Assembly (NCBI GenBank): GCA_964369775.1
Contig: CAYJHQ010000004.1
Location: 15,030-79,029, forward strand
Origin: an uncultured Lachnospiraceae bacterium
GTDB lineage: Bacteria; Bacillota; Clostridia; Lachnospirales; Lachnospiraceae
Direction: 5' to 3'
DNA: 64,000 nt
The translations under genes were made by a program, and so were the position numbers. The notes beneath the pieces are model-generated. The model worked only from the letters and a program-made list of their open reading frames with translations. It was not told where the DNA came from and made no database searches. Position 1 is the first letter of the stretch; each line of letters starts with the position of its first letter. Below are positions 29,808-38,701 of the stretch, piece after piece.

Positions 29808-30068
29808 TTAATTTAAGTAATGCTCCCAATCTTCTCTCTCTACCCCAAACAGTCCTCCGTGCTCTGCATGGTCTGAAATTTCAGAGATGTCATCTATCAT
29901 TCCCTCTCCTCCATCATTGTAGAGCTTATAGATGGCTAAACCCTCATCCCAAAGATCTTTCGCTCTTTGTTCTTTTAGTGGCAATACCTGCCCTTCTCCA
30001 TCGTATCCATAATCTAGCGCTTCTTCAATAGAAATATCATTGTCTGGCATTACTACCTCTTGCATCAT
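29808..30068 (-). CDS. hypothetical acidic protein (86 aa)
   Basis: Conserved leader AAACTTTAGGAGGATA. Confidence 0.45.
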   Translation of the reverse strand: MMQEVVMPDNDISIEEALDYGYDGEGQVLPLKEQRAKDLWDEGLAIYKLYNDGGEGMIDDISEISDHAEHGGLFGVEREDWEHYLN

Positions 30069-30126
30069 ATTTTATATCCTCCTAAAGTTATATTTTCAGA
30101 AGGAATATGTAGAAACAGCAAAATTT

Positions 30127-30139
30127 GGAACTGAGTTCC
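30127..30139. promoter_or_regulatory. element palindrome copy 5
   Basis: TTGGAACTGAGTTCCAA. Confidence 0.6.
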
Positions 30140-30193
30140 AATCTGCGAGCGCAAGAACGCTTTATGGGGATTAAAAAAGAGAGCCGAAGCTCT

Positions 30194-30985
30194 CTATGTT
30201 AAAGATATTGTCCCTGATTTATCAAGCGTTAAAATGTGATTACCCATAAACTCACTAGCAGAGCTCTGGCGAAGTAGGTTTTTAACTAGATCAAGTGCGT
30301 CTGACTCCGCAATGTCTTTAAATGCCACCCAGCTGTGTATGTCGTTCGCGATCAACTTACAACCATTTGGGTAGGCTTTTAGCAATGACTGAATCCCCTG
30401 CGCAGAAAGGATTGCGGCTGTGCCATATTGTCTTTGCTTGTTTGTCACAAAGTGAAGAATGTCTCCCGCCTCTGGATAAAGCGATGAGATTAAATCAAAG
30501 CTCTCTTCATCTTCTAAGCTGTCTTTCAAGCCTATAATCTCTGGCTCTCCGACGTTGTTCATCGCCGCATCGTGCAGCTCGTCAATGTCAACACCTAGAG
30601 AGTCTAAGCACTCTTGAGAAAGAAGCACTTCTTCTCCATTAACTGAAAGCCCATAGATAAAGCTGTATGGAAGATTTTCCATGTCCTTCTTTACCTTGTG
30701 ATGGTCATTGCTTTCTGATAAAACCATCTTAGGAAACACAGCCTTCATGGCAGCTTCCCATGTGTTTAGCTCGCTTAGTTTCTTCATAACTAAACGTTGT
30801 TTTTCAACTGATGCCTTAATGTGATCCAATAATCCCTGTCTTGAAAATATTCCAGCACAAGGAACTTCAAATCCCTCTTCATCATCAAATACAAATCGAT
30901 ACCCCAATGTTATTCCATTTACAGCGTCAATTTCAGCTAACTCTACCCATGCGTCTGGGTACATTTTTTTAATATCCTCTAACAT
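30194..30985 (-). CDS. hypothetical protein (263 aa)
   Basis: AAGGAGGAATGAAAG-ATG RBS. Confidence 0.5.
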   Translation of the reverse strand: MLEDIKKMYPDAWVELAEIDAVNGITLGYRFVFDDEEGFEVPCAGIFSRQGLLDHIKASVEKQRLVMKKLSELNTWEAAMKAVFPKMVLSESNDHHKVKKDMENLPYSFIYGLSVNGEEVLLSQECLDSLGVDIDELHDAAMNNVGEPEIIGLKDSLEDEESFDLISSLYPEAGDILHFVTNKQRQYGTAAILSAQGIQSLLKAYPNGCKLIANDIHSWVAFKDIAESDALDLVKNLLRQSSASEFMGNHILTLDKSGTISLT

Positions 30986-31211
30986 CTTTCATTCCTCCTT
31001 TATTTTGTCCTCATCAATAATATGAATATTTCAACTCAATAAAAAAATTAACTGTTTATTGAAGCATCATTATACATTTCTTAGTCATCTTTCTTGTGAA
31101 TTAGCGCAAATTCACAACAAAATTATAAAGGATTGCACTAGTTCCGTCAATCGAACAAACATTTGGTACTGCAAAAAAAACAGGCAGGGCATCGCGCCCC
31201 ACCTCTATTTC

Positions 31212-32789
31212 CTACTCCACTATCTCGCTAGGAGACACATTTGGACTTATTTTTTCTAAAATTGCGGATATATCGACTGGCGCCGCATCGCTCTCTACAA
31301 CAACTGGGCTATTACTTGCCCCCATCTTACCACCTATAAACCCTGCAATCACACTTGAGAGGTCAATTCCCATGCTATCCTTTAATCCGCTAGACACCTG
31401 ACTAATTGTTTTGGTGATGTTTTCGCCAAGTTGCGCACTATCTCCGCCATACATCATGATTGAGTCTACATTTCCATACCCTTCTCCAATCGCTGCTGCC
31501 ATCTTAGGAAGTTGCTCTGCAATCACTTTTATAGCCTCTAGCTCCATTTGTTTTGTAGCCGCCTCGCCGTACTCTTTCATCGCCTCTGCTTTTTTTAGAA
31601 CCGCCTGAGCCTCAGCTTCTCCTTTCGCTTGAATTGCCTCAGCTTCCGCAAGACCCATCGCTCGTATAGCTTTTGCCTCTTCTTCCCTTGCAAATCTTTC
31701 CGCCTCTGCATTTGCCTTTGTAGCTTCTGCCTCCTTAACTGCGGCATACGCCTCTGCCTCTGCTGCTTTTTGTTGCTCTAGCAATGTAGCTTCCGCCTCC
31801 ATCTCTCTCTTGTATCGGTCAGCCTCTGCTTTCTTCTCAATGGCGTGTTTTTCAGCTTCCGCTTTTGTTCGAATCTCTGCATCCAGCTCTTGCTTTTTGA
31901 TGGCAACATTTCGCTCCTTTAATTCAAGCTCTTTTTCTTGTCTTGCCAGATTCGCATTTGCGGTAGCAACCTCGATTACTTTTCTTTGCTCTTCTTCTTG
32001 AATTGCATAGGCCGCGTCTGCCTCTGCCTTTTTGGTGTCAGAATTCTTTTTCAACTCGGCTTGCTTAATTGAAAGATCATTGTTCTTCATTGCAATTTCT
32101 GTTTCAGCTGCCACTCTAGCATCGTTCGACTCTTTTTGAGCCTCAGCTTTAGCAATCTCTACCTCTTTCTCAGCTTGCGCTTTTGCAATCGCTGCGCCTT
32201 TTTGAATTTGAGAAATGTTGTCAATTCCCAGATTTTCAATAATACCTTTTTCGTCATGAAATCCTTGCACATTGAAGTTTACAAGTGATAGCCCCATGTT
32301 TTTAAGGTCTGGTACTACATTTTTAATTACCTCTTCAGAGAATTTCTGTTGACCTCCTATCAGCTCTCGCAAGCTCATGGCGCACACAATCTCTCGAATG
32401 TTCCCCATTAACACCTCTTGAACAATTTGACCAATCTCACTTAGATCCTTATTTAAAAAATTCTTTGCTGCAACCTTAATTAACTCTGGATCTGTATCCA
32501 CCTTTACATTTACGTTTGCATCTACGTAAATATCAATGCAATCCGATGTAGGCACTGCAGAACTAGTTTTTACGTCCAATGGAATTAATTTCAAGCTCAA
32601 ATAATCCAATCTCTCGAAAAATGGGACTTTAATTCCAGCTCTTCCAATTAATACCTTATTTTCTTTTCTTAATCCTGAGATGATATAAGCTGTGTCTGGT
32701 GGTGCTTTGACATACCCCGCAGCTATCAGTCCTCCTGTTGCTACCACTCCTGCCGCGATTGGCGCCATTCCTAATAATTGATCTACCAT
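31212..32789 (-). CDS. flotillin-like SPFH/band-7 protein with long Ala/Glu coiled coil
   Basis: N-terminal TM + SPFH domain, then AEAEA/KAEAE heptads. About 525 aa, like FloT/YuaG. Confidence 0.7.
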   Translation of the reverse strand: MVDQLLGMAPIAAGVVATGGLIAAGYVKAPPDTAYIISGLRKENKVLIGRAGIKVPFFERLDYLSLKLIPLDVKTSSAVPTSDCIDIYVDANVNVKVDTDPELIKVAAKNFLNKDLSEIGQIVQEVLMGNIREIVCAMSLRELIGGQQKFSEEVIKNVVPDLKNMGLSLVNFNVQGFHDEKGIIENLGIDNISQIQKGAAIAKAQAEKEVEIAKAEAQKESNDARVAAETEIAMKNNDLSIKQAELKKNSDTKKAEADAAYAIQEEEQRKVIEVATANANLARQEKELELKERNVAIKKQELDAEIRTKAEAEKHAIEKKAEADRYKREMEAEATLLEQQKAAEAEAYAAVKEAEATKANAEAERFAREEEAKAIRAMGLAEAEAIQAKGEAEAQAVLKKAEAMKEYGEAATKQMELEAIKVIAEQLPKMAAAIGEGYGNVDSIMMYGGDSAQLGENITKTISQVSSGLKDSMGIDLSSVIAGFIGGKMGASNSPVVVESDAAPVDISAILEKISPNVSPSEIVE

Positions 32790-32855
32790 AATTCTTTTCC
32801 TCTTTTCTTGTTTTGGTTTTAATATGTAGAAAAATTAAGAGTTGGAAGAAAAAAC

Positions 32856-32868
32856 GGAACTGAGTTCC
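32856..32868. promoter_or_regulatory. element palindrome copy 6
   Basis: CGGAACTGAGTTCC. Confidence 0.6.
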
Positions 32869-32901
32869 CAAAAAAAACTGCAGTGCAAACTGCAGTTTCT
32901 T

Positions 32902-33243
32902 TTAAAGGTTTCGATTAAGGCTTAGTTGTGTACGAGTGATTGTCCAAACCTCATCCCAGTACGAGGTAAACTTGGCACCACTATACGTCCCCGTGTGTGG
33001 CTGTTCTTTCATCCACTCAATGATATTTATCCACGCGCCCATTGTTATATCGGACTGATTCATTGGCGCAAGGTCTGGATAATTTAGATTTGTCACCATG
33101 ATTAAAAAATTATCATCCATCTGAATCTTCAGTGGTACATTCATAATGTTTTTTATGGTTATTGAGTTATCTTCGTCCATATACAGGTACTGCATGAGTG
33201 TTGCAACATCCTCCATCGAGATTAACTTATCTTTTGTTCGCAT
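32902..33243 (-). CDS. hypothetical protein (113 aa)
   Basis: Conserved leader TTGAAAATAAAATTTAGGAGGAGAAAG before ATG at 33243. Confidence 0.5.
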   Translation of the reverse strand: MRTKDKLISMEDVATLMQYLYMDEDNSITIKNIMNVPLKIQMDDNFLIMVTNLNYPDLAPMNQSDITMGAWINIIEWMKEQPHTGTYSGAKFTSYWDEVWTITRTQLSLNRNL

Positions 33244-33301
33244 CTTTCTCCTCCTAAATTTTATTTTCAAAAAGAATATGTTGAATAGCAAGTGCAAAAA
33301 C

Positions 33302-33314
33302 GGAACTGAGTTCC
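33302..33314. promoter_or_regulatory. element palindrome copy 7
   Basis: CGGAACTGAGTTCC. Confidence 0.6.
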
Positions 33315-33362
33315 AAAATAAAGAGCCCGCAACGGATGTCGCAAGGCTCTTCTTGTGATTTT

Positions 33363-34172
33363 TTATATTAGATAATCCTTTGCTCCTCCCGAATTGGCGA
33401 TAATGGCAACCGTTAAGTTTACAATAGCCTCCCCAATATCAGACCTTACCTTAAATTCTCGCACAAACACCTCTTTTTCCATTATTGGTAGTGATTTTTC
33501 TATAGCATCCACCTCCACAATAAACTCCTCCGATGGAATCGTGCCATTTTTAACACCTCTCCATTTGTTTGCGATTTCATCCGGTAGTCGCATTGACCCC
33601 TCAATAGACTTCCCTGCTAGAACAGCCTGGACTAGATAATGAAGACGAAGCACTTTAACACTTGCCTTTCGCATCTTAATGTCATCAATCCCCTTGCTTT
33701 GCATGGATCTTACCTGCCTTAAATTAGCCTCACAGTCTTTAATCATCCCTTTTAGAAGTCTCTCCTGGTCGATTTTTTCGAACTGAAGACCTTGAGTGCT
33801 TCCTAGCTCCCGCATAGCGTTGCCATACATATTGATTATGAGCGGATTTTTTAGTGCAAATACCACCTCTAGCGCGTTGTGCGAAGACTTTAACAGTTGT
33901 TTCGAAAATGATACAATATCCTTCACCATTATTGATCCGTGCTTGTATTTAACCTCTTTCGATATATGCCCCTGGTAAATTGCCTCTGAGAGCGTAAGTC
34001 CCACCACTGCATAGACATCGTAATCCGAATCTTCGGTGTCTAGGTTGTAGTTTTGAGAGCCGTACAGTACAGCAAAGTATATTGGTCTGTCGCGACCCAC
34101 AGCTCCTTTTACATCCTCTATTATTTCAGTTCTGATTGAATCTTTCAATTTTCTCACCTCTCTTTTGCTCAT
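33363..34172 (-). CDS. nucleotidyltransferase-fold protein (GS...DxD)
   Basis: YGSQNYNLDTEDSDYDVYAV minimal NTase motif. No RBS at the ATG; TTG at 34148 has GAGAGGTGA. 15-mer motif in its promoter. Confidence 0.5.
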   Translation of the reverse strand: MSKREVRKLKDSIRTEIIEDVKGAVGRDRPIYFAVLYGSQNYNLDTEDSDYDVYAVVGLTLSEAIYQGHISKEVKYKHGSIMVKDIVSFSKQLLKSSHNALEVVFALKNPLIINMYGNAMRELGSTQGLQFEKIDQERLLKGMIKDCEANLRQVRSMQSKGIDDIKMRKASVKVLRLHYLVQAVLAGKSIEGSMRLPDEIANKWRGVKNGTIPSEEFIVEVDAIEKSLPIMEKEVFVREFKVRSDIGEAIVNLTVAIIANSGGAKDYLI

Positions 34173-34213
34173 TTTTAGTTTTATCTATTGTAATACGCAA
34201 GAGAAGAAGTCGT

Positions 34214-34228
34214 ATTTTTGCACGGAAG
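34214..34228. promoter_or_regulatory. second conserved motif CTTCCGTGCAAAAAT (minus-strand sense), copy at nucleotidyltransferase promoter
   Basis: Identical or near-identical 15-mers also at 22875-22887, 24585-24600 (variant), 51361-51375, 54882-54896, 60992-61006, 63409-63423. At 51361 it abuts an extended -10 TGATATAAT. Confidence 0.5.
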
Positions 34229-34305
34229 TTTTGACAACCAGGTACCAATCCCTTAGTTTTTAATGTACAAAAAAAAGAGAGCCTAAGCTCTCTTGTAATG
34301 AAAAA

Positions 34306-35241
34306 TTAATAAGTCAACTTGAAGTCATTTGCCTCTATAACATCAAGTAAAAGCTCTTGGTATCTCCAAAGCTCGTTATAAGCATATGTTTCTACATATG
34401 AAACGCCTTGCTCTAAATCAAGATCCCCAATTCTAACTCCGTGGAACTTAATGATGTTTAGCAATGTAGTGTAAGCTCCTCGACCCTTAAAAGCATCTCT
34501 CCATTCCTGACTCTTTGTTGTCGCGTCTGGCAAAATCACCATAACTTTGGTAAAGTTTTTGATTGACAGAATCAACTCTAAATAATCAGTGCTTTCGCAA
34601 CATCTTGTTGCGCGCAACACATTTTTCATAGGCGCTAGTACTTCTGCCTCAAATGCAGTGAAGTTGTCATAGTATGTTGTCCAGCTTGTTTTTGTTGTTA
34701 CGGCCACTCCCTTAAAAGGCTTTACCGCTTTTCTTCTCTTGCTTGTCTTTGCCTTTTCAACCGCATCAGAATGCTCAGAAGTAGCCTTTCTCATTTCATG
34801 CTTGAACCATCTCTCCGCTCTATAAATTGTGTCAGCCATTGTGTTGACTAGCACGTCACTAGTGAAGAATCTTGAAAGTGACTTGAATGAGTTATCTCTC
34901 TCTAGCTTCATGCGGTATAGACGCTCAAACTCATCCTTCATCATGCTAAACTGATAAGAATGGCTGTAATTTTTACGCACACTTTCACTCCATCCATTTT
35001 CTAACATCTGGAATGTCTTAGCAGTAATAAATCTACCATCCGTTTTGCGATTAAACACATATCCTCTGTCAATAATCGCTTTTTGAACTCTTGCATCGCT
35101 CTCTGATAAAGTGTAGTCAACTCCATTCATTTGAACTGTCACGCTTGATCCACTTGGTACGTTTGATAGGTCAACACAAAAATGCTTCGATGTGTCCACT
35201 CCTGCCTTTGATAATTCCTTTGCTCTCATTTCTTTTCTCAT
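34306..35241 (-). CDS. hypothetical protein (311 aa)
   Basis: Conserved leader with AGGAGGAA. Confidence 0.5.
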   Translation of the reverse strand: MRKEMRAKELSKAGVDTSKHFCVDLSNVPSGSSVTVQMNGVDYTLSESDARVQKAIIDRGYVFNRKTDGRFITAKTFQMLENGWSESVRKNYSHSYQFSMMKDEFERLYRMKLERDNSFKSLSRFFTSDVLVNTMADTIYRAERWFKHEMRKATSEHSDAVEKAKTSKRRKAVKPFKGVAVTTKTSWTTYYDNFTAFEAEVLAPMKNVLRATRCCESTDYLELILSIKNFTKVMVILPDATTKSQEWRDAFKGRGAYTTLLNIIKFHGVRIGDLDLEQGVSYVETYAYNELWRYQELLLDVIEANDFKLTY

Positions 35242-35309
35242 TATTAATTCCTCCTAAAATTTGATTTATTTTCAAAAGTAATATGAGGAATTCAGCTTAA
35301 AAGAATTCT

Positions 35310-35322
35310 GGAACTCAGTTCC
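35310..35322. promoter_or_regulatory. element palindrome copy 8
   Basis: TGGAACTCAGTTCCA. Confidence 0.6.
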
Positions 35323-35358
35323 AAAAAAAAGAGAGCCTAAGCTCCCTTAAAAAAATAA

Positions 35359-35793
35359 CTAAACTGTTACCCACTCTTTCAACACCACTAGATCTTCATC
35401 TGGTCCTTTCCAGAACCAATGCTTTTCATTCTTCCACTTCAGGAATCCAGCTAAGGCAGCGCATAATATATATGCCTCTAGCCTCACTCTGGCAACTCCT
35501 CTTTTTTCTCCATGTACCATTTCTTCAAGCGACAGCTCATCGACTGATACTGCAGTAAAGTAAGAATTAATCTCTTTTGCAGATGGCATTGATCGTTTGT
35601 AGTTCGCGTATAGAATCTCCACGTCTTCCCAAGGTGAGGTAGCTATATCCAAATCAATCAACAAGGAATCTTTTTTTGCGACTCCTTTCTCAATCAAGAC
35701 AACCTTTCCCACCTTTAAAGTTTTTTCTTTTAGATCAACAGTAACTTTTTTTCCTTCTTTTGCGGCATTTAATGCCATTTCATATATATTCAT
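35359..35793 (-). CDS. hypothetical protein (144 aa)
   Basis: AAAGGAGA RBS 8 nt before ATG at 35793. Its promoter is unit 1 of the repeat array. Confidence 0.5.
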   Translation of the reverse strand: MNIYEMALNAAKEGKKVTVDLKEKTLKVGKVVLIEKGVAKKDSLLIDLDIATSPWEDVEILYANYKRSMPSAKEINSYFTAVSVDELSLEEMVHGEKRGVARVRLEAYILCAALAGFLKWKNEKHWFWKGPDEDLVVLKEWVTV

Positions 35794-35831
35794 AGTTTTT
35801 GTCTCCTTTCTTTTATCTAAGCTGGCAATAT

Positions 35832-37066
35832 GGCACATTTCTATATTTTAGTCATCGGAGCAGCCCGTGCGATACGGGGTACAGGAGGGTAGTCCTGTAC
35901 CCCGTCCAAACGGGCTGCACAAGTAAAGTAATTGCCCACTTAAATTGTCGCTGTACAACGATTGAGATTGACTTTTGTAAATGACACATTTCTCTAATTT
36001 TCTCATATAGAGGGATGAGGACGAGGCAGGTCCCAGACTGGGAATCTGTGGACCTAGAACATCCTCATCCATCTCTTAAATAATTACCTCTGCCTAATCT
36101 CACACTGTGTAGTGTTTATTGTTTGATAGTGGCGGAAAATACGGCACATTTCTATATTTTAGTCATGCATACCGTCGAAGAGCTGAGGCGTATCCAGATG
36201 GTTCTGGATAATCCTTCGTGAGACGACGGTAATCTAAACACTTTCCCTCCACCCATCTCACTGTGCGGTGAATTTGAAGCAAAATAGTAATTTGGCACAT
36301 TTCTATATTTTGATCATATCGACATCTCTGATGGATTTAATCCAGTAGTGCATACTGGACTAAATCTAGAAAGAGATGTTTAGTAAATAATTACTCATCT
36401 AGCTTCACACTGTGCTGTGTAATGGTAAGCACTCTGCTCTTGCAGTGTCTTTCTTTATCCTCTAGGTTATTTCCGATATAGGCATCTATGATGCTGTTAT
36501 CGGAAATGAGCGCGAAAGGATCCCGGGGGTCAGTATGAGCTCCTGGATCCTTGAGCATTAAGAGTTAAGTGCTCAAATGGGACACACCGTATAATTTCGT
36601 GAAGGTCTGATATTTCAATGCATTTCTATAGTACATTCATATAGATGACGCATGAGCCGTGGCTCCCTGGATGGATCCAGGGCTCCACGATGCAGGCGTC
36701 ATATTGTTAAAGCGAATATTTAACACTTCACTGCTCGCATAAGCAAAAATAATTCAAGGCGATTCATCTAAACGGCACATCTCTATAGTATGTTCATATA
36801 ACGCCCCTTCCTGCCTGCAGGAGCTGGAGAGGTCTCCAGCTAAAGCAGGGAAGAAGGGACGGCATTAAAGATATTTAGCCTTGTCGCCTTTGTCCGTGCT
36901 GACTTTTTTGATTACTCAGTGTTTTTTTTGGGATTTCTATAGTCTGATCATTGGAAGATCAGGGCAGCTTCTGTCCGCCTCCTAGGAGGGAGGGTGATGG
37001 AAGCAGCCCTGATCTGAAATAAATTAAAACACATTGCCAATCATTTGCTTCCCATAGCATAGGCTC
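35832..37066 (-). repeat. tandem array of 7-8 units (about 150-160 bp each): conserved 24-nt box + unique GC-rich perfect hairpin, between the RT gene and the next gene
   Basis: Boxes GGCACATTTCTATATTTTAGTCAT (or variants) at 35832, 35983, 36143, 36294, a degenerate copy near 36456, 36620, 36774, 36930. On the minus strand the boxes read ATGACT-N17-CATATT (promoter-like). CACWGTG heptamers in units 2-4. Unique 8-15-bp-stem hairpins in every unit. Confidence 0.7.
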
Positions 37067-38377
37067 TTAAATTCCTCTCACACAAGCCTCAAATACCGCC
37101 TTGTTAATTGTGATGGCATTATGCAAACAACCAACTGTTAAGTAATTTTTGATCACTTTTTCAGTCAGCTTGCGATTTCTCGCAACATTTGAGCCTTTTC
37201 CTCTAAGGATTGTCGCAGACTCCATATTGTCTACCGTTCCCAACCCTCCTATTTTTGAGATAGAGATTTTCCCTTTCTTACCTTTCATCTCTCGCACCTT
37301 CACCGCGCGAAGACAGTCCATTACAAATAAATTCATTTGCTCAATGTCTTTCTTGCAGTTAATTGTGCTAAGACAACTAGAGCCCCAATTATATTCCCCT
37401 TCGTAGAGAAATTTAATTAGATTTCTTTTTGCTTGCGCCTCTGTTATTCTTGGATTGTTGATTGTGCGATCCACTACAGCTTTTTGGAATTTTTTCACCC
37501 TTCCAGCAGATAGCGTAATCATATCATTCTTAATGCTAAACCCTAAAAATTTAAACCACTTGTCTTTTGTAAGCGCTTCAACCTTTTTAGGATTTAGTGA
37601 CAATCCATACTCAGCTAGTCTCGCTTCTAGAATCTCTTTTGCCTCATCAGCACTCTCCCCTAAAATAAGTAGGTCGTCTGAATAACGGCAATATTCAATT
37701 CCATCCATGTTGCTTAGCTCTTCATCCACATCGTATAAAACAGCGTTAGAAAGGAAACTTGCAACAGCACAACCTTGTTTAAGGCTGCCGTAATGCGTTA
37801 CTAGATTGCCATCTAGGTCAAATAGTAGGTCTGTGTTGTAATACGTTCTTAATATAGCGATTGCTGGATCCGAACCACGCTCTATGCCTAATTCGTCCTC
37901 CATGCGATCAAAAATGCCAAAAATCACGTCTCTGTTTACACTGTCAAAATACTTTGTCAAGTCTGCTTTGTAGCCTAAATTATTGGAACTCAGTTCCGCA
38001 ATCTTTTTCGCCATTGCTTGTACTGTCTTTTGACAGCTTAACCCTTTTTGATACGATGTACAATTTTTATGAACATAATGAGGAAAAAGCTCAAAAAGGC
38101 AATCATTGATTAGCGTTAAAACCAATCGATCCACATCTTCATTCACATGAACTTCTCTAAACTCTCCTGGCTTATCTTTTGGAATTTGGGCTAGGTGAGC
38201 TGGCGCAACCTCGTAATTCTTAGTTACAATCCTTTCGTACAAGTAAGCTCTTGTGCTTGGCTTGCAAAGTTCTTTTAGAACAGCTTGAGGGATCTTTTTT
38301 TCGTCCGCCTTTTCAATCAGTTCTTCCCATCTTTGATGTTCAAACATCATCTGTAACAAGTTTCTCTCGTTATTCAT
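37067..38377 (-). CDS. reverse transcriptase (bacterial non-LTR; retron/UG/DRT-like, unclassified)
   Basis: RT motifs IPKDKPGEFREV (1), ADLTKYFDSV (A), LKQGCAVASFLSN (B'), RYSDDLLILG (C), LSLNPKK...FLGF (D/E). 436 aa. Conserved cassette leader upstream. Confidence 0.8.
   Translation of the reverse strand: MNNERNLLQMMFEHQRWEELIEKADEKKIPQAVLKELCKPSTRAYLYERIVTKNYEVAPAHLAQIPKDKPGEFREVHVNEDVDRLVLTLINDCLFELFPHYVHKNCTSYQKGLSCQKTVQAMAKKIAELSSNNLGYKADLTKYFDSVNRDVIFGIFDRMEDELGIERGSDPAIAILRTYYNTDLLFDLDGNLVTHYGSLKQGCAVASFLSNAVLYDVDEELSNMDGIEYCRYSDDLLILGESADEAKEILEARLAEYGLSLNPKKVEALTKDKWFKFLGFSIKNDMITLSAGRVKKFQKAVVDRTINNPRITEAQAKRNLIKFLYEGEYNWGSSCLSTINCKKDIEQMNLFVMDCLRAVKVREMKGKKGKISISKIGGLGTVDNMESATILRGKGSNVARNRKLTEKVIKNYLTVGCLHNAITINKAVFEACVRGI
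37985..37997. promoter_or_regulatory. element palindrome copy 9 (inside RT coding sequence)
   Basis: TTGGAACTCAGTTCCG within 37067..38377. Confidence 0.5.
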
Positions 38378-38470
38378 TTTTCAATCCTCCTAAAGATTTA
38401 TTTTCAAGAATAATATGGAAAATTGTAAAAAAAAAGAGCAAAGCCTCAGCCTCGCTCAAAATGAATCAAT

Positions 38471-38581
38471 TTAAACACCTAGTATCTTGCTCCAGTGGAC
38501 AAACTCCCCTCTGTAAAGAACCAACCCCTTTGCAGCCTCCGTAGTAGCGTTAAACACCATCGCGTCCATTAATTTTCTCAT
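38471..38581 (-). CDS. small protein (36 aa) upstream of RT with its own duplicated leader
   Basis: ATG with AAAGATTTAGGAGGATTG leader nearly identical to the RT leader. Terminator GAGCGAGGCTGAGGCTTTGCTC + T-run. Confidence 0.35.
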   Translation of the reverse strand: MRKLMDAMVFNATTEAAKGLVLYRGEFVHWSKILGV

Positions 38582-38638
38582 CATTCAATCCTCCTAAAGA
38601 TTTATTTTCAAGAACAATATGGAGGATTTTCAGGAAAA

Positions 38639-38651
38639 GGAACTGAGTTCC
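38639..38651. promoter_or_regulatory. element palindrome copy 10
   Basis: GGAACTGAGTTCC upstream of small ORF/RT. Confidence 0.6.
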
Positions 38652-38701
38652 CGAGATCAAAGGCCTTTATAGGGACAAAAAAAAGAGAGCGTGAGCTCTC
38701 T

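Noticed and set aside
35848-36072. 74-aa minus-strand ORF in the repeat array
   Set aside because: Spans two repeat units and their hairpins. No SD. Frame not conserved between units.
35832-37066. CRISPR array (regular repeats with unique intervening sequence)
   Set aside because: Repeat is about 24 nt but the unique segments are about 130 nt, each a perfect GC-rich hairpin. Unit length is about 150-160 bp and irregular. No cas genes nearby. The boxes match the promoter of the adjacent gene.
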